DNA from: Acidimicrobiaceae bacterium
GTDB taxonomy: Bacteria; Actinomycetota; Acidimicrobiia; Acidimicrobiales; Aldehydirespiratoraceae
Assembly: GCA_026706815.1 (NCBI GenBank)
Contig: JAPOYA010000001.1
Location: forward strand, 36,808 to 100,807
Reading direction: 5' to 3'
Length of the DNA: 64,000 bases
Part shown: positions 30,050-40,067 of the stretch, one piece after another
Layout of the letters: each line of letters begins with the position of its first letter
Position numbering within the stretch: position 1 is the first letter of the stretch
The notes under the pieces: model-generated
Seen by the model: the letters and a program-made list of their open reading frames with translations, nothing else
What the model was told of the DNA's origin: nothing
Databases searched by the model: none
Translations under genes and position numbers: made by a program

Positions 30050-31714
30050 GTGAGCACAGCCGCAGAAGCTGCCGCCCAGCTTCGACAATCCCTGGGCTTG
30101 TCGGGTCCCGAACTCCGTTTCGGACTGTCACAAGACGAATTGTTCCAGGAGGCGATAGACAACGACCGCGGCAGGGTCTCCCCCGACGGTCCGGGCGATT
30201 CCCAGAAGGCGTTCGCAACCGCGCTGGGCGCCGAAGGCCCGCTCGTCTTCTACACTGATCCCGCCTGCACCGGCCGGCCGGTCAACGACACGTTCTGCGT
30301 GAACCGAGAGAGTGTCACGGATTTGATCTGGTGGAAGAAGGGGTTCGCCAAATTCGACCCGGAAGCCTTCGACGCGCTGCTGAGGAGTGTCATCGATCAC
30401 CTGAACGCCCGGGGTCGCCACCTTTATGTGATGGACCTGTTCTGCGGTTCGGATGTCCAGTCCAGCGAACCGTGCAGATTCGTCGGGGAGTACGCCACGC
30501 ACGCCTACTTCTGCAACATCATGCTGCCCCACCATGTCCGCGACGACAGCGATCGTGCCGAGCACGGCTGGACCGTGCTGAACGTGCCGTCGTACACCTG
30601 CGACCCCGAACGCGACGGAACCCGCAGTGAACTCGCGGTGATCATCGACATCGAACGCGAGATGGCACTCGTCCTCGGTGCGGCAGATTACTGCGGAATC
30701 AACAAGAAAGCCATGTTCACGGTAATGAACTTCGTGCTTCCCGCCAAAGGCCAACTCTCAATGCACTCGTCGGCCAACGTCGGTGATGCGGGGGACACGG
30801 CGTTGCTGTTCGGACTCTCGGGGACCGGAAAGACCACGCTGTCCGCCGATCCCGACCGCCAACTGATCGGTGACGACGAGCATGTCTGGGCCGACAGCGG
30901 CATCTCGAACCTCGAGCACGGCTGCTACGCCAAACTCATCAATCTCGACAAGGACGCTGAACCTGTCATCGCCGCGGCGCTGTCGATGAAGGGGACCCTG
31001 ATAGAGAACGTGCCGCCGCTCGCCGGCAGGCCGCTGTCAGAGACCGACCCCCAAGATCTGGACCTCTCCGATGCGACGATCACTGAGAACACGCGATTCG
31101 CCTATCCCCTGAGCGCCAACCCCAACGTCGCCGGCGGGGCGAGCGGGCCGCACCCCGAGTCGATCGTTCTGCTCACCGCGGACGCCTTCGGGGTTCTCCC
31201 CCCGGTCGCCGTCCTCGACCCCGACGAGGCGATGTACCACTTCGTCATGGGGTTCACCTCGAAATTGGCGGGAACCGAAGTGGGAGTCACTGAACCGGTT
31301 CCCTCGTTCTCGGGTTGCTTCGGCGCCGCGTTCATGTCCCAGAAGCCCTCCGTTTACGCCGGATTGTTGGCTCAGCGGATGGCGGACCACAACTCCCGCT
31401 GCATCATGTTGAACACGGGGTGGAGCGGCGGTCCGTACGGTACCGGAGAGCGGATGTCGCTCAAGGTGACGCGGCGACTGCTCAATGCGGCGCTGAAGGG
31501 CGAGTTCGACGACGTTGAACTCGCCGTACTGCCGATCCTCGGACTGAGAACGCCGACAAAGTGCGATGGCATCGACGCCACGATATTCAACCCGCGCGAC
31601 ACCTGGGCCGATCCTGAGGCATACGACGAAGCCGCCTTGAAGCTGCGGGCGATGTTCCGAGCGAACTACGCGGAACAGGGATACGCCGACCTGGGGATAG
31701 CCGAGGCGATGTAA
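30050..31714 (+). CDS. pckA: Phosphoenolpyruvate carboxykinase (ATP)
   Basis: MHSSAN, FGLSGTGKTTLSAD, LIGDDEH, GCYAK, TENTR, DAFGVLPP, NTGWSGG. Confidence 0.92.
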   Translation: MSTAAEAAAQLRQSLGLSGPELRFGLSQDELFQEAIDNDRGRVSPDGPGDSQKAFATALGAEGPLVFYTDPACTGRPVNDTFCVNRESVTDLIWWKKGFAKFDPEAFDALLRSVIDHLNARGRHLYVMDLFCGSDVQSSEPCRFVGEYATHAYFCNIMLPHHVRDDSDRAEHGWTVLNVPSYTCDPERDGTRSELAVIIDIEREMALVLGAADYCGINKKAMFTVMNFVLPAKGQLSMHSSANVGDAGDTALLFGLSGTGKTTLSADPDRQLIGDDEHVWADSGISNLEHGCYAKLINLDKDAEPVIAAALSMKGTLIENVPPLAGRPLSETDPQDLDLSDATITENTRFAYPLSANPNVAGGASGPHPESIVLLTADAFGVLPPVAVLDPDEAMYHFVMGFTSKLAGTEVGVTEPVPSFSGCFGAAFMSQKPSVYAGLLAQRMADHNSRCIMLNTGWSGGPYGTGERMSLKVTRRLLNAALKGEFDDVELAVLPILGLRTPTKCDGIDATIFNPRDTWADPEAYDEAALKLRAMFRANYAEQGYADLGIAEAM

Positions 31715-31985
31715 GCCCCAATCCGCCGCCGAGCCAGGCAGTGTGCCGCCAAGTGCTCGCGGCTGATGTCGCCGGGGCAACCACGCCCTATCGAAGCGCT
31801 GGAAACCGCGGATCGAGTGAACGACAGGCTCGATGAGGCGAGAGGAAGCTGAGCGGTAGAGACGCGGCCTCCAAAATCTCAGTCCGGAGGTGCGCCCACG
31901 TAGGTGTGCGCACACGCAAGCGCTGCGTACTGTCCGCTGGACACAGATCTTCGCACCGATACGCCTAGGGCCAGTCAGTCTGGGC

Positions 31986-32207
31986 TCAGAGGTCGGGGGT
32001 GGACATGTCGATCTCTGAGCCGAGGCGCAGAGCCGTCGCCCTGCCGGACTCGTCGAGGTCGAACTGCACACGCTGGCCCTGGCGCAGCATGCGGAAGACC
32101 GAGCCCTCAAGAGCGTCGTCGGCCAAATCGATGTCTTTGAGGTCGGCTTCGTTGATCAACACCCCATCGCCGGTGCCCGGATCGAAATTCTTGATGACGC
32201 CCTGCAT
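31986..32207 (-). CDS. Cold-shock-like OB-fold small protein
   Basis: MQGVIKNFDPGTGDG..FRMLRQGQRVQFD; TACGCT 7 nt upstream of the ATG. Confidence 0.8.
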   Translation of the reverse strand: MQGVIKNFDPGTGDGVLINEADLKDIDLADDALEGSVFRMLRQGQRVQFDLDESGRATALRLGSEIDMSTPDL

Positions 32208-32231
32208 GGGGGCAAGCGTACCGCCACCTGA

Positions 32232-32351
32232 GCCCGAGCGGCCCGCCCGTGGCCCGAGCGTACCGCCCGTGGCCCGAGCGGCCCGGTGAGCGCAGCGAAC
32301 AGGAGCGGGAGCAGAGCGCAGCGAACAGGAGCGGGAGCAGAGCGCAGCGAG
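32232..32351 (+). repeat. Dispersed intergenic repeat, copy 2, internally amplified (20-bp x3 and 26-bp x~2.5)
   Basis: GCCCGAGCG(G/T)..CGCCCGTG x3, then GAGCGCAGCGAACAGGAGCGGGAGCA repeats. Confidence 0.85.
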
Positions 32352-32411
32352 CCAGAGTGGAGGCAGGTTGAACCCCGCGCGGGCCAGTCGCGGAAGGTAC
32401 CATCCGTCGTC

Positions 32412-34088
32412 GTGGCTCTCGACTCGATTGACGCAGGCTCCCTCCGCAGCATCGTCGTCGCCTTTCGCGATGCCCTGACCGACCATCGAGAGGCGATCAA
32501 CAACCTCAACGTGTATCCGGTCCCGGACGGTGACACCGGAACCAACATGTCGCTGACTCTGCGCTCGGTCGTCGAAGAACTCGACGAGTCTGAAGGACCA
32601 GAAGACCGAGGCGACGACATGGCCTCGGTGTGCAGCGCAATCGCCCACGGCTCGCTGATGGGCGCCCGGGGGAACAGCGGTGTGATCCTGTCGCAGATCC
32701 TGCGCGGGCTCTCCGGCACAGTGGCCGAGCATGCCGGCATCGACGGCCCGCTTTGGGCAACAGCGCTGACCGCGGCGGCCCAGGGCGCCTACAGCGCTGT
32801 CGGCAATCCAGTCGAGGGAACGATCCTCACCGTGATCAGGGAATCTGCTCAGGCGGCAACTGATGCTGCGACCCAAGGCACCGATCTCTGCGGAGTCCTT
32901 GAAGCAGCCCGGGACGAGGCGGCTGCGTCACTGGAGCGAACCCCAACGCTGTTGCAGGTCCTGGCCGACGCGGGAGTCGTAGACGCAGGCGGGGCGGGAC
33001 TCCTGCTGTTGTACGACGCGGCGCTGCATGTGGTAGACGGCCGGCCGATGCCCGAACCGGAGGCGACTACGAAGCCCGCTCCCCATCACCGGTCCGCAGG
33101 AACAACACGGGGCGAAGGAGGGCCGTCCATCGCCGATCTCCGCTACGAAGTCATGTTCCTGCTCGACGCGCCCGATCCGAGGATCGCCGGCTTCAAAGAG
33201 GCCTGGGCGCAAGTCGGGGACTCCATCGTGGTCGTGGGCGACGATGGCGTCTACAACTGCCACATCCACTGCGACGACATCGGCGCGGCCATTGAATGCG
33301 GCATCGAGGTGGGACGACCCCACAACATCCGGGTCACGGACCTGCTCGACGAGCTTGCAGAACTCGAAGAACGCGATTGGGTTGCAGCGGCCCTCGACAG
33401 CGACACACCGCAGCGCGGCGACGCCCCGGCAGTGCCCGCTGCGGTTGTGGCCGTCGGCGCCGGCACGGGCGTGGCTGCGATATTGAAGTCGATGGGGGTC
33501 CAAGCCGTAGTCGCCGGCGGGCAGTCGATGAACCCGTCCACCGCCGAACTGGTGGCAGCGGTGGAATCGGTCGCTGCTCCCGAGGTGGTTATTCTCCCCA
33601 ACAACAAGAACATCATCGCGGTGGCACGGCAAGTCGATGAACAGACGAGCCGCACCGTGGAAGTCGTCGCCACGACGAGCGTGACCGAGGCGCTGGCGAG
33701 CCTCATGGCCTATGACCCCCAGGCGACCGCATCGGTGAACGCGGCGTCGATGACCGAAGCCTTCAGCGGCGTCGTCTCGGGCGAGGTGACCAGAGCTGTG
33801 CGCGACGCTGCGAGCGACGCAGGACCCATTGCGACCGGGGACTGGCTGGGCATCGCCAAAACCGGAATCAAAGCGGTGGCCTCGTCCTTGGCCGCCGCGG
33901 CGACCGGGCTGCTCGCCGAAATCGTCGACGAAGACCACGAACTGCTCACCGTCATCGCAGGAGACGGCGCCGACCATTGCACAACCGCGTCGATCGAATC
34001 GTGGATCAGCCAGAATCACCCGGATGTGGAGGTGGAGGTGCATCACGGCGGGCAACCGCTCTACCCCTATTTCTTCGGGTTGGAATAG
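32412..34088 (+). CDS. DAK2 domain protein (fatty acid kinase FakA-like)
   Basis: INNLNVYPVPDGDTGTNM, GARGNSGVILSQ, VVDAGG, GGQSMNPS, HGGQPLYPY. Confidence 0.93.
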   Translation: MALDSIDAGSLRSIVVAFRDALTDHREAINNLNVYPVPDGDTGTNMSLTLRSVVEELDESEGPEDRGDDMASVCSAIAHGSLMGARGNSGVILSQILRGLSGTVAEHAGIDGPLWATALTAAAQGAYSAVGNPVEGTILTVIRESAQAATDAATQGTDLCGVLEAARDEAAASLERTPTLLQVLADAGVVDAGGAGLLLLYDAALHVVDGRPMPEPEATTKPAPHHRSAGTTRGEGGPSIADLRYEVMFLLDAPDPRIAGFKEAWAQVGDSIVVVGDDGVYNCHIHCDDIGAAIECGIEVGRPHNIRVTDLLDELAELEERDWVAAALDSDTPQRGDAPAVPAAVVAVGAGTGVAAILKSMGVQAVVAGGQSMNPSTAELVAAVESVAAPEVVILPNNKNIIAVARQVDEQTSRTVEVVATTSVTEALASLMAYDPQATASVNAASMTEAFSGVVSGEVTRAVRDAASDAGPIATGDWLGIAKTGIKAVASSLAAAATGLLAEIVDEDHELLTVIAGDGADHCTTASIESWISQNHPDVEVEVHHGGQPLYPYFFGLE

Positions 34089-34102
34089 GGGACAGGTCAG
34101 CG

Positions 34103-36241
34103 ATGCCGGCCGGTGATCCCCCGCTGACACTGCGGGATCTCGCGGGCATCAAAGTCAGGCAGTTGCGCGGCGTCGGCGAAAAGGCCGCGGAGCAGCTTCT
34201 GGCCGTGGAGATCTCAACGGTCCTCGACCTGATCCAGCATTATCCGAGGCGGTATCTGGACCGGACCCGACAAGCCCGGATCGCCGAACTCCTCCCCGGC
34301 GACGAGGCAACTGTGCTGGGCGCCGTCCGCAGCGCCAAGAGCCGGCCGTTGAGAGGGCGGCGAACGCTCACCAACGTCGTCATAGGCGACGGCACAGGCA
34401 AGCTCAGCCTCGTCTTCTTCAACCAGCGGTGGCGTGAGCGGCAGCTCACCGAGGGAATGGAAGTGCTCGTACACGGCAAGTTCGAACTCTTCCGAGGGGA
34501 GCGCCAGATGACGGCTCCAGTCGTCGACCTGGTCGGGGACAAGACCGGTCGGATAATCCCCGTGTACCCCCAGTCCTCCAAGGCCGGGCTGACGACCTGG
34601 AAACTGGCCCAGCTCGTCGAGGAGGCCCTCAACCGAAGCCGAGTACGGGGCTTCGACGATCCCGTCCCCCCCGAGGTGCTCGACCGGTTCGACTTCGTCG
34701 ATCGCGAAGCAGCCCTGTGTGGAATCCACCTCCCTGAGTCGATGGCGGAAATGCAAGAGGCGCGTCGCCGACTCGTGTTCGACGAACTCCTGAGGGTGCA
34801 GTTGGAGCTCGTGCGTCGCAAGGCGAGCATCGAGCGCGAAATGTCCGGGGTCGCCCACGACATGTCCGGGGAGCTCGTCGGCCGCTTCCACGAGCGTCTG
34901 CCGTTCGCGCTCACCGAAGCGCAACGGCGGGTCAATGCCGAGATCGCCCATGACCTCGCCGTCGGATATCCGATGCACCGCCTGCTGCAGGGGGACGTGG
35001 GCTCAGGCAAGACGCTGGTCGCGGTCACTGCGCTGCTGACCGCCGTTCAGGGCGGTTACCAGGGCGCTTTCATGGCGCCCACCGAAGTCCTCGCCGAACA
35101 GCACTACCTCAGCGTGAGCGACATGCTCGGCGGACTGCTGGTCCCGGATCCGACATCGCTGCTGGGCGATCGCCCGCTGCGCGTGGAACTGTTGACCAAC
35201 AGCGTCGGAGCCACAGCGCGTCGCCGGGTCCTCGACGACCTGATCGTCGGCCAGGTAGACGTCGTGGTGGGAACCCACGCGCTCATACAGGAGAAAGTCC
35301 AGTACCAGTCGCTGGGCATGGTGGTCATAGACGAGCAGCATCGCTTCGGGGTCGAGCAGAGGGCCGCACTTCGGGACAAAGGCGAATCCGTCGGTGTGCC
35401 CGACGTGCTGGTGATGACCGCGACGCCGATCCCGCGCACCGCCGCGATGACCGTCTACGGCGACCTCGACGTCAGCGTGCTCGACGAGATGCCCCCGGGA
35501 CGGAGCCCGATCATCACCAGTTGGGCCGAAGGCCCCGTAGCAGAGGGCGGGGTCTGGGAAACGGTTCGCAACGAGGTCGCCCGGGGTCGGCAGGCCTATG
35601 TCGTCTGCCCGCTGATCGAAGAGTCCGAAGTTCTCGAAGTGAGCAGTGCCGAGGATGTATTTTCGCAGTTGCAGAGCGGCGAACTGTCGGATCTGCGCGT
35701 GGGCCTGTTGCACGGGCGGGTCTCGCCTGCCGAAAAAGAAGCGACAATGGCGCACTTCCGGGCGGGATCGATCGACGTGCTCGTCGCCACGACGGTGATC
35801 GAAGTAGGAGTCGATGTCCCCAATGCCACCGTCATGGTCATCTTCGACGCCGACCGGTTCGGGATAGCGCAGCTGCACCAGCTTCGGGGGCGGGTCGGAC
35901 GCGGTGAACACCAGGGATTCTGCTGGCTGCTCGGCGATCCGGGCACCGACGACGGAAAGGCCCGCATCGAGGCTCTGGTAGCGAGCACCGACGGGTTCGA
36001 GTTGGCCGAAGTCGACCTCGAACTACGGGGTGAGGGGACGATCATGGGGGAGCGGCAGAAGGGGAGGAACGACCTCCGCCTGGCGTCTCTGCGACGAGAC
36101 AAAGAGTGGGTGTCTGTTGCCCGCGAGGTTGCGACCGAGATCATTGCCCGGGATCCGGAACTGACCGAGCATCTGGGACTGGGCGCAGAGGTCGATCTGA
36201 TGCTCGGCGACAACGAAGCCGAGTTCCTGATGAAAAGCTGA
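34103..36241 (+). CDS. recG: ATP-dependent DNA helicase RecG
   Basis: LQGDVGSGKT, IDEQHRFG, MTATPIPRT, LHQLRGRVGRG, DLELRGEG. Confidence 0.97.
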   Translation: MPAGDPPLTLRDLAGIKVRQLRGVGEKAAEQLLAVEISTVLDLIQHYPRRYLDRTRQARIAELLPGDEATVLGAVRSAKSRPLRGRRTLTNVVIGDGTGKLSLVFFNQRWRERQLTEGMEVLVHGKFELFRGERQMTAPVVDLVGDKTGRIIPVYPQSSKAGLTTWKLAQLVEEALNRSRVRGFDDPVPPEVLDRFDFVDREAALCGIHLPESMAEMQEARRRLVFDELLRVQLELVRRKASIEREMSGVAHDMSGELVGRFHERLPFALTEAQRRVNAEIAHDLAVGYPMHRLLQGDVGSGKTLVAVTALLTAVQGGYQGAFMAPTEVLAEQHYLSVSDMLGGLLVPDPTSLLGDRPLRVELLTNSVGATARRRVLDDLIVGQVDVVVGTHALIQEKVQYQSLGMVVIDEQHRFGVEQRAALRDKGESVGVPDVLVMTATPIPRTAAMTVYGDLDVSVLDEMPPGRSPIITSWAEGPVAEGGVWETVRNEVARGRQAYVVCPLIEESEVLEVSSAEDVFSQLQSGELSDLRVGLLHGRVSPAEKEATMAHFRAGSIDVLVATTVIEVGVDVPNATVMVIFDADRFGIAQLHQLRGRVGRGEHQGFCWLLGDPGTDDGKARIEALVASTDGFELAEVDLELRGEGTIMGERQKGRNDLRLASLRRDKEWVSVAREVATEIIARDPELTEHLGLGAEVDLMLGDNEAEFLMKS

Positions 36242-36304
36242 CCCCGGGCCCAGCGGCCCGGTGAGCGCAGCGAACAAGAGCGGCGACCCCGGGCCCAGCG
36301 GCCC
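36240..36304 (+). repeat. Dispersed intergenic repeat, copy 3
   Basis: GACCCCGGGCCCAGCGGCCC-GGTGAGCGCAGCGAACAAGAGCGGC-GACCCCGGGCCCAGCGGCCC. Confidence 0.8.
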
Positions 36305-36469
36305 TCAAGAGAGGTCGTCGACCGCCAACTCGATATCCCAGCGGTCACCACAGTCGACGCAGCGGTAAGCGACGACATCGCCCGGTTCGAACCCCTCGTC
36401 GGGCGCATAGGAGATGAGCCGACAGGCGCCTCCGCAATCAACGCAGACAATGGTTTCAGGCGCACCCAT
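36305..36469 (-). CDS. Small zinc-ribbon protein (54 aa), absent from ORF track
   Basis: MGAPETIVCVDCGGACRLISYAPDEGFEPGDVVAYRCVDCGDRWDIELAVDDLS*; two CxxC; TACGGT 6 nt upstream of the ATG. Confidence 0.8.
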   Translation of the reverse strand: MGAPETIVCVDCGGACRLISYAPDEGFEPGDVVAYRCVDCGDRWDIELAVDDLS

Positions 36470-36505
36470 GAGGTGACCGTATCTTCACGGGCCACACTGG
36501 TACAC

Positions 36506-37045
36506 ATGCGTGTCGTAGCCGGAACGCTCGGTGGACGACGAATCAATGCCGGGGGCTCCGAAACCCTTCGCCCCACTGCCGATCGCGTCCGCGAGGCAAT
36601 GTTCAACTCGTTGTACTCCCTCGGCGCCATCAACGACGCAGTCGTGCTCGACCTGTTCGCGGGAACCGGTGCGCTGGGGATTGAGGCGTTGTCGCGGGGA
36701 GCGGCAAGGGCAGTGTTCGTCGAGAATGATCGACAGGCTTTGACGGTTCTGCGCGGGAACCTTGCCTCGTTGGGGTTGGGCGGCAAAGCGACGGTCGTAC
36801 CCGCCGACGGGTCGAGTTTCCTGGCCCGCGCCGAGCCCTACGACCTCCTGTTGCTGGACCCCCCGTATTCATTCGACTGCTGGCCGGAACTGCTCGCCCA
36901 CCCGACAGATTCGGTCGTCGCGATCGAATCGGACCGTGAAATCGATCTGCCCGAAACGTGGGATACTCATCGCGTGCGCCGTTACGGAGGTACCGTGGTG
37001 ACGCTCGCCTCCGCCCCCGCTGCTCGAAAGACCCAAGTCCCGTGA
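36506..37045 (+). CDS. rsmD: 16S rRNA m2G966 methyltransferase
   Basis: MRVVAG..LRPTADRVREAMFN..LDLFAGTGALGIEALSRGA..DPPY. Confidence 0.95.
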   Translation: MRVVAGTLGGRRINAGGSETLRPTADRVREAMFNSLYSLGAINDAVVLDLFAGTGALGIEALSRGAARAVFVENDRQALTVLRGNLASLGLGGKATVVPADGSSFLARAEPYDLLLLDPPYSFDCWPELLAHPTDSVVAIESDREIDLPETWDTHRVRRYGGTVVTLASAPAARKTQVP

Positions 37046-37515
37046 CCCGTGTCCTGTATCCCGGCTCGTTCGATCCCGTCCACAACGGGCATCTTGAGAT
37101 CATTGAAACTGCGGCGAAGTTGTTCGATGAAGTTGTCGTGGCCACCATGGTCAACACCACCAAGGACGGCGTCTTCGACCTCGACGACCGCGAGGCCATG
37201 CTCCGCGAGGCCACAGAGCACCTGCCCAACGTCACAGTGCAGATGTTCGCGGGACTCGTCGTCGACCTTGCTGTGGAGACGGAAGCCGACTTCATACTGA
37301 AAGGTCTGAGGGCCGTGTCCGATTTTGAGAACGAGCTGCAGATGGCTCAGATGAACAACGCCGCCTCGGGCATCCACACGCTGTTCATCCCGTCCGCGTC
37401 GAGCAGTTCGTTCCTGGCGTCGAAGTTCATACGCGACTTCACCAGGTTCGGCGGCGATATATCTAAAATGGTCCCCGCGAGCGTGGCTCGGCGATTGAGG
37501 GAGCGATACGGATGA
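37042..37515 (+). CDS. coaD: Phosphopantetheine adenylyltransferase
   Basis: YPGSFDPVHNGH, KGLRAVSDFENELQMA. Confidence 0.95.
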   Translation: MTRVLYPGSFDPVHNGHLEIIETAAKLFDEVVVATMVNTTKDGVFDLDDREAMLREATEHLPNVTVQMFAGLVVDLAVETEADFILKGLRAVSDFENELQMAQMNNAASGIHTLFIPSASSSSFLASKFIRDFTRFGGDISKMVPASVARRLRERYG

Positions 37516-38087
37516 CCGATCAGAACACCGGAGACCCCCTCGCTGAAGCCCCGCCCTCCGCGTACCGTCCTCTGGAAGCCGAGGAAATCCTCAGGTCGGC
37601 CATTGATCTGATCGAGAGAGCCCGTCCGATGCCGATGTCGGCCTCGTCGATTATCAACAAGAACGAGGTGTTGGAACTGCTGAACGCGGCGCTGCAGAGC
37701 CTCCCGGACGAGTTTCGAGCGGCTCGCTGGCTCCTCAAGGAACGCGATGACTTTCTGGCGCGGGTCCAAGGGGAGGGGGATCTGTTGATCGCGCGTGCCC
37801 GTGACACGGCCCAGCGTATGGTGCAGCGCACTGAACTGGTGAAAGAGGCCAACGACCACGCTCGTCGGGTCGTCTCAGAAGCAGAACAGGAAGCCAGGGA
37901 CCTCCGCTTGAAAACGGAGGACTGGTGCGACCAGGAACTGGGCCGCCTGGAAGTGGTGCTCGAGCGCATTTCTCGCTCGGTCGCATTCGGCAGGTCGCGG
38001 ATGCAGGGCGCCGCCCAATCCCAGGAGCCGATCCCCGAACCTCCGATTCCGCGAGGAGACGAGTTTTTCGACCAGGATCGAGAGTGA
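37512..38087 (+). CDS. Coiled-coil DivIVA/SepIVA-like protein
   Basis: ARPMPMSASSIINK..LPDEFRAARWLLKER; conserved position after coaD. Confidence 0.75.
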   Translation: MTDQNTGDPLAEAPPSAYRPLEAEEILRSAIDLIERARPMPMSASSIINKNEVLELLNAALQSLPDEFRAARWLLKERDDFLARVQGEGDLLIARARDTAQRMVQRTELVKEANDHARRVVSEAEQEARDLRLKTEDWCDQELGRLEVVLERISRSVAFGRSRMQGAAQSQEPIPEPPIPRGDEFFDQDRE

Positions 38088-38662
38088 CCCGGGGCGCTCA
38101 ATTCGTGGTGGACACGGCTGGGCTCTTCAGTGGAGCCGAACAGCGGCTGGTTCTTCGGACAGAGGCGAAGCTCGCCGACATGGAGTTGTCCGACTCCGGA
38201 TTGCGTTCAACGGTGGTCGACGGCCGCCTGCGGTTGGATCTTGTGTTGGAGCGCACCGGCTCCGCCCCCGACGCGGACGACGCCTCCGCGCACGATTCTC
38301 GACGAACCGAACCCGACGGCGTGTTGGTCAGCGGCACCGCCCGCGGACGCTGGTCTGTGCCCTGCCGTCGCTGTTCGGAGCCCATGCAAGGTGATCTGGC
38401 AGCCGAGATCCAAGAACTGTTCGAGGTGGCCCCGACCGAGGGTGAGACCTGGGCGCTGCGGGAAGCACTGCAAGAAGACGGCATTGATCTGGGACCCATG
38501 CTGCGCGAGGTTGCCTTGGTCTGTCTGCCGCTGGCGCCGCTTTGTCGCACCGAATGTGAGGGGCCGGCACCGGATAGATTCCCGACCGGCCCCCCAGTCG
38601 ACGAAGATCCGAGGGTCGACCCTCGCTGGTCGGTCCTTGACGAGTTGACCTTCGACGCGTGA
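38084..38662 (+). CDS. YceD/DUF177 family protein
   Basis: CRRC, IDLGPMLRE, PLAPLCRTEC, DPRWSVL; upstream of rpmF. Confidence 0.88.
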   Translation: MTRGAQFVVDTAGLFSGAEQRLVLRTEAKLADMELSDSGLRSTVVDGRLRLDLVLERTGSAPDADDASAHDSRRTEPDGVLVSGTARGRWSVPCRRCSEPMQGDLAAEIQELFEVAPTEGETWALREALQEDGIDLGPMLREVALVCLPLAPLCRTECEGPAPDRFPTGPPVDEDPRVDPRWSVLDELTFDA

Positions 38663-38776
38663 TATCGATGGCTTAATCAACGCCGCAGCGGTGGCGTCGT
38701 CCCGGTGCGTCGATAACCTTTGCTGCTCGGGTCGGTCAGTTTCGGCCTGAGAGAATTCGCAAGAAACAGGTTCGCG

Positions 38777-38956
38777 ATGGCCGTCCCCAAGAAGAAGACG
38801 TCGAAATCGAAGACTCGGAGCCGACGTGCTTCGGCTTGGCGCCTCGGGGCGTCGCCTCGCAGCGCCTGCCCGCGTTGCGACGCCACCAAGCGCCCGCACC
38901 GGGCTTGCGGCAATTGCGGGTGGTACGGCGGCCGCCAAGCCATAGACGTCGACTGA
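38777..38956 (+). CDS. rpmF: 50S ribosomal protein L32
   Basis: MAVPKKKTSKSKTRSRR..CPRC..HRACGNCGWY. Confidence 0.97.
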   Translation: MAVPKKKTSKSKTRSRRASAWRLGASPRSACPRCDATKRPHRACGNCGWYGGRQAIDVD

Positions 38957-38959
38957 TCG

Positions 38960-39949
38960 ATGCTGCCCATCGCGGTCGACGCCATGGGCGGGGACAACGC
39001 CCCTTCGGCAATCGTGGCCGGTGCTCGACGCGCCGCATCCGAAATGGGAATCCCGGTTGTATTGGTCGGGAGGCCAGAGGACCTCTCCGACGCCGGGGGC
39101 TTGGAAGTCATCGAAGCCAGCGAAGTCATCGCCATGGATGCCGAACCGGGTTCGAGCGTTCGCCGCATGGGGGACTCGTCGTTGGTGCGTGCCGCCACGG
39201 CGGTTCGAGACGGCCGTGCTTCAGCGATGGTGTCGGCGGGGAACACCGGCGCGACAATGGCGTCGGCGCTGTTGCGCATGGGCCGGATACGGGGGATCAA
39301 TCGTCCGGCGATCGCCATTCCCGTACCGGTGCCCCAGAGCACGCCCACGACTCTGCTCGATGCGGGGGCAAATGCGGAGTGCCGCCCCGAATGGCTCGTT
39401 GAATTCGCCCAGATGGGCTGTGTCTACGCCCGTGACCGCTTCCGGATTGAACGTCCCAGGGTCGGGTTGTTGTCGATCGGGGAGGAAGCAGGCAAGGGCA
39501 ACAAGTTCGTCAAGGAGTGTTTCGAACTGCTCGGCGAGAGCACCTGGGCAGAGTCGAGCGGTGCGGAGTGGATCGGCAACGTTGAAGGCCGAGACGTCAT
39601 GACCGACGAGGTCGACGTGGTCGTGACCGACGGGTTCACCGGCAACGTGACTCTGAAGACGCTGGAAGGCGCCATGTCGGCACTTCTCAGCCGGCTGCTC
39701 GCCGCGATCGACACCGACGATGAGACCAGGCGTGCGGGGGAGATGTTGTCGGCGCCGCTTGATTCGATGCTCGCCGAGTTGCACCCCGACTCCACCGGTG
39801 GGGCGCTGTTGCTGGGCGTGAAGGGCGTGTGCGTCATCTCCCACGGCTCCAGCTCCGCGGGCGCCATGGCCAACGCCATCCGCATCGCCGCGGAGATGGT
39901 CGATGTCGGAATGGTCGATCACCTGTCTGCGGCGGTCCGCCAAGATTGA
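38960..39949 (+). CDS. plsX: Phosphate acyltransferase PlsX
   Basis: IAVDAMGGDNAP, SAGNTGA, LDAGAN, DGFTGNVTLK, SHGSS. Confidence 0.96.
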   Translation: MLPIAVDAMGGDNAPSAIVAGARRAASEMGIPVVLVGRPEDLSDAGGLEVIEASEVIAMDAEPGSSVRRMGDSSLVRAATAVRDGRASAMVSAGNTGATMASALLRMGRIRGINRPAIAIPVPVPQSTPTTLLDAGANAECRPEWLVEFAQMGCVYARDRFRIERPRVGLLSIGEEAGKGNKFVKECFELLGESTWAESSGAEWIGNVEGRDVMTDEVDVVVTDGFTGNVTLKTLEGAMSALLSRLLAAIDTDDETRRAGEMLSAPLDSMLAELHPDSTGGALLLGVKGVCVISHGSSSAGAMANAIRIAAEMVDVGMVDHLSAAVRQD

Positions 39950-40067
39950 CAAATATCAGCATATTCAATGTTTTCTCATATTGTCTCAATCCTGGACAGA
40001 GGCTGGGCAGAGGAGAGAGGCGAGACTTCCGATAGCATCGGAGCGTCTCGTGACTAGGAGGGTGCAG

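Noticed and set aside
31715-31985. 270-bp gap near where rpmB (L28) often lies upstream of DAK2-recG
   Set aside because: No L28-like or other convincing ORF in the frames I translated, and no recognisable RNA motif.
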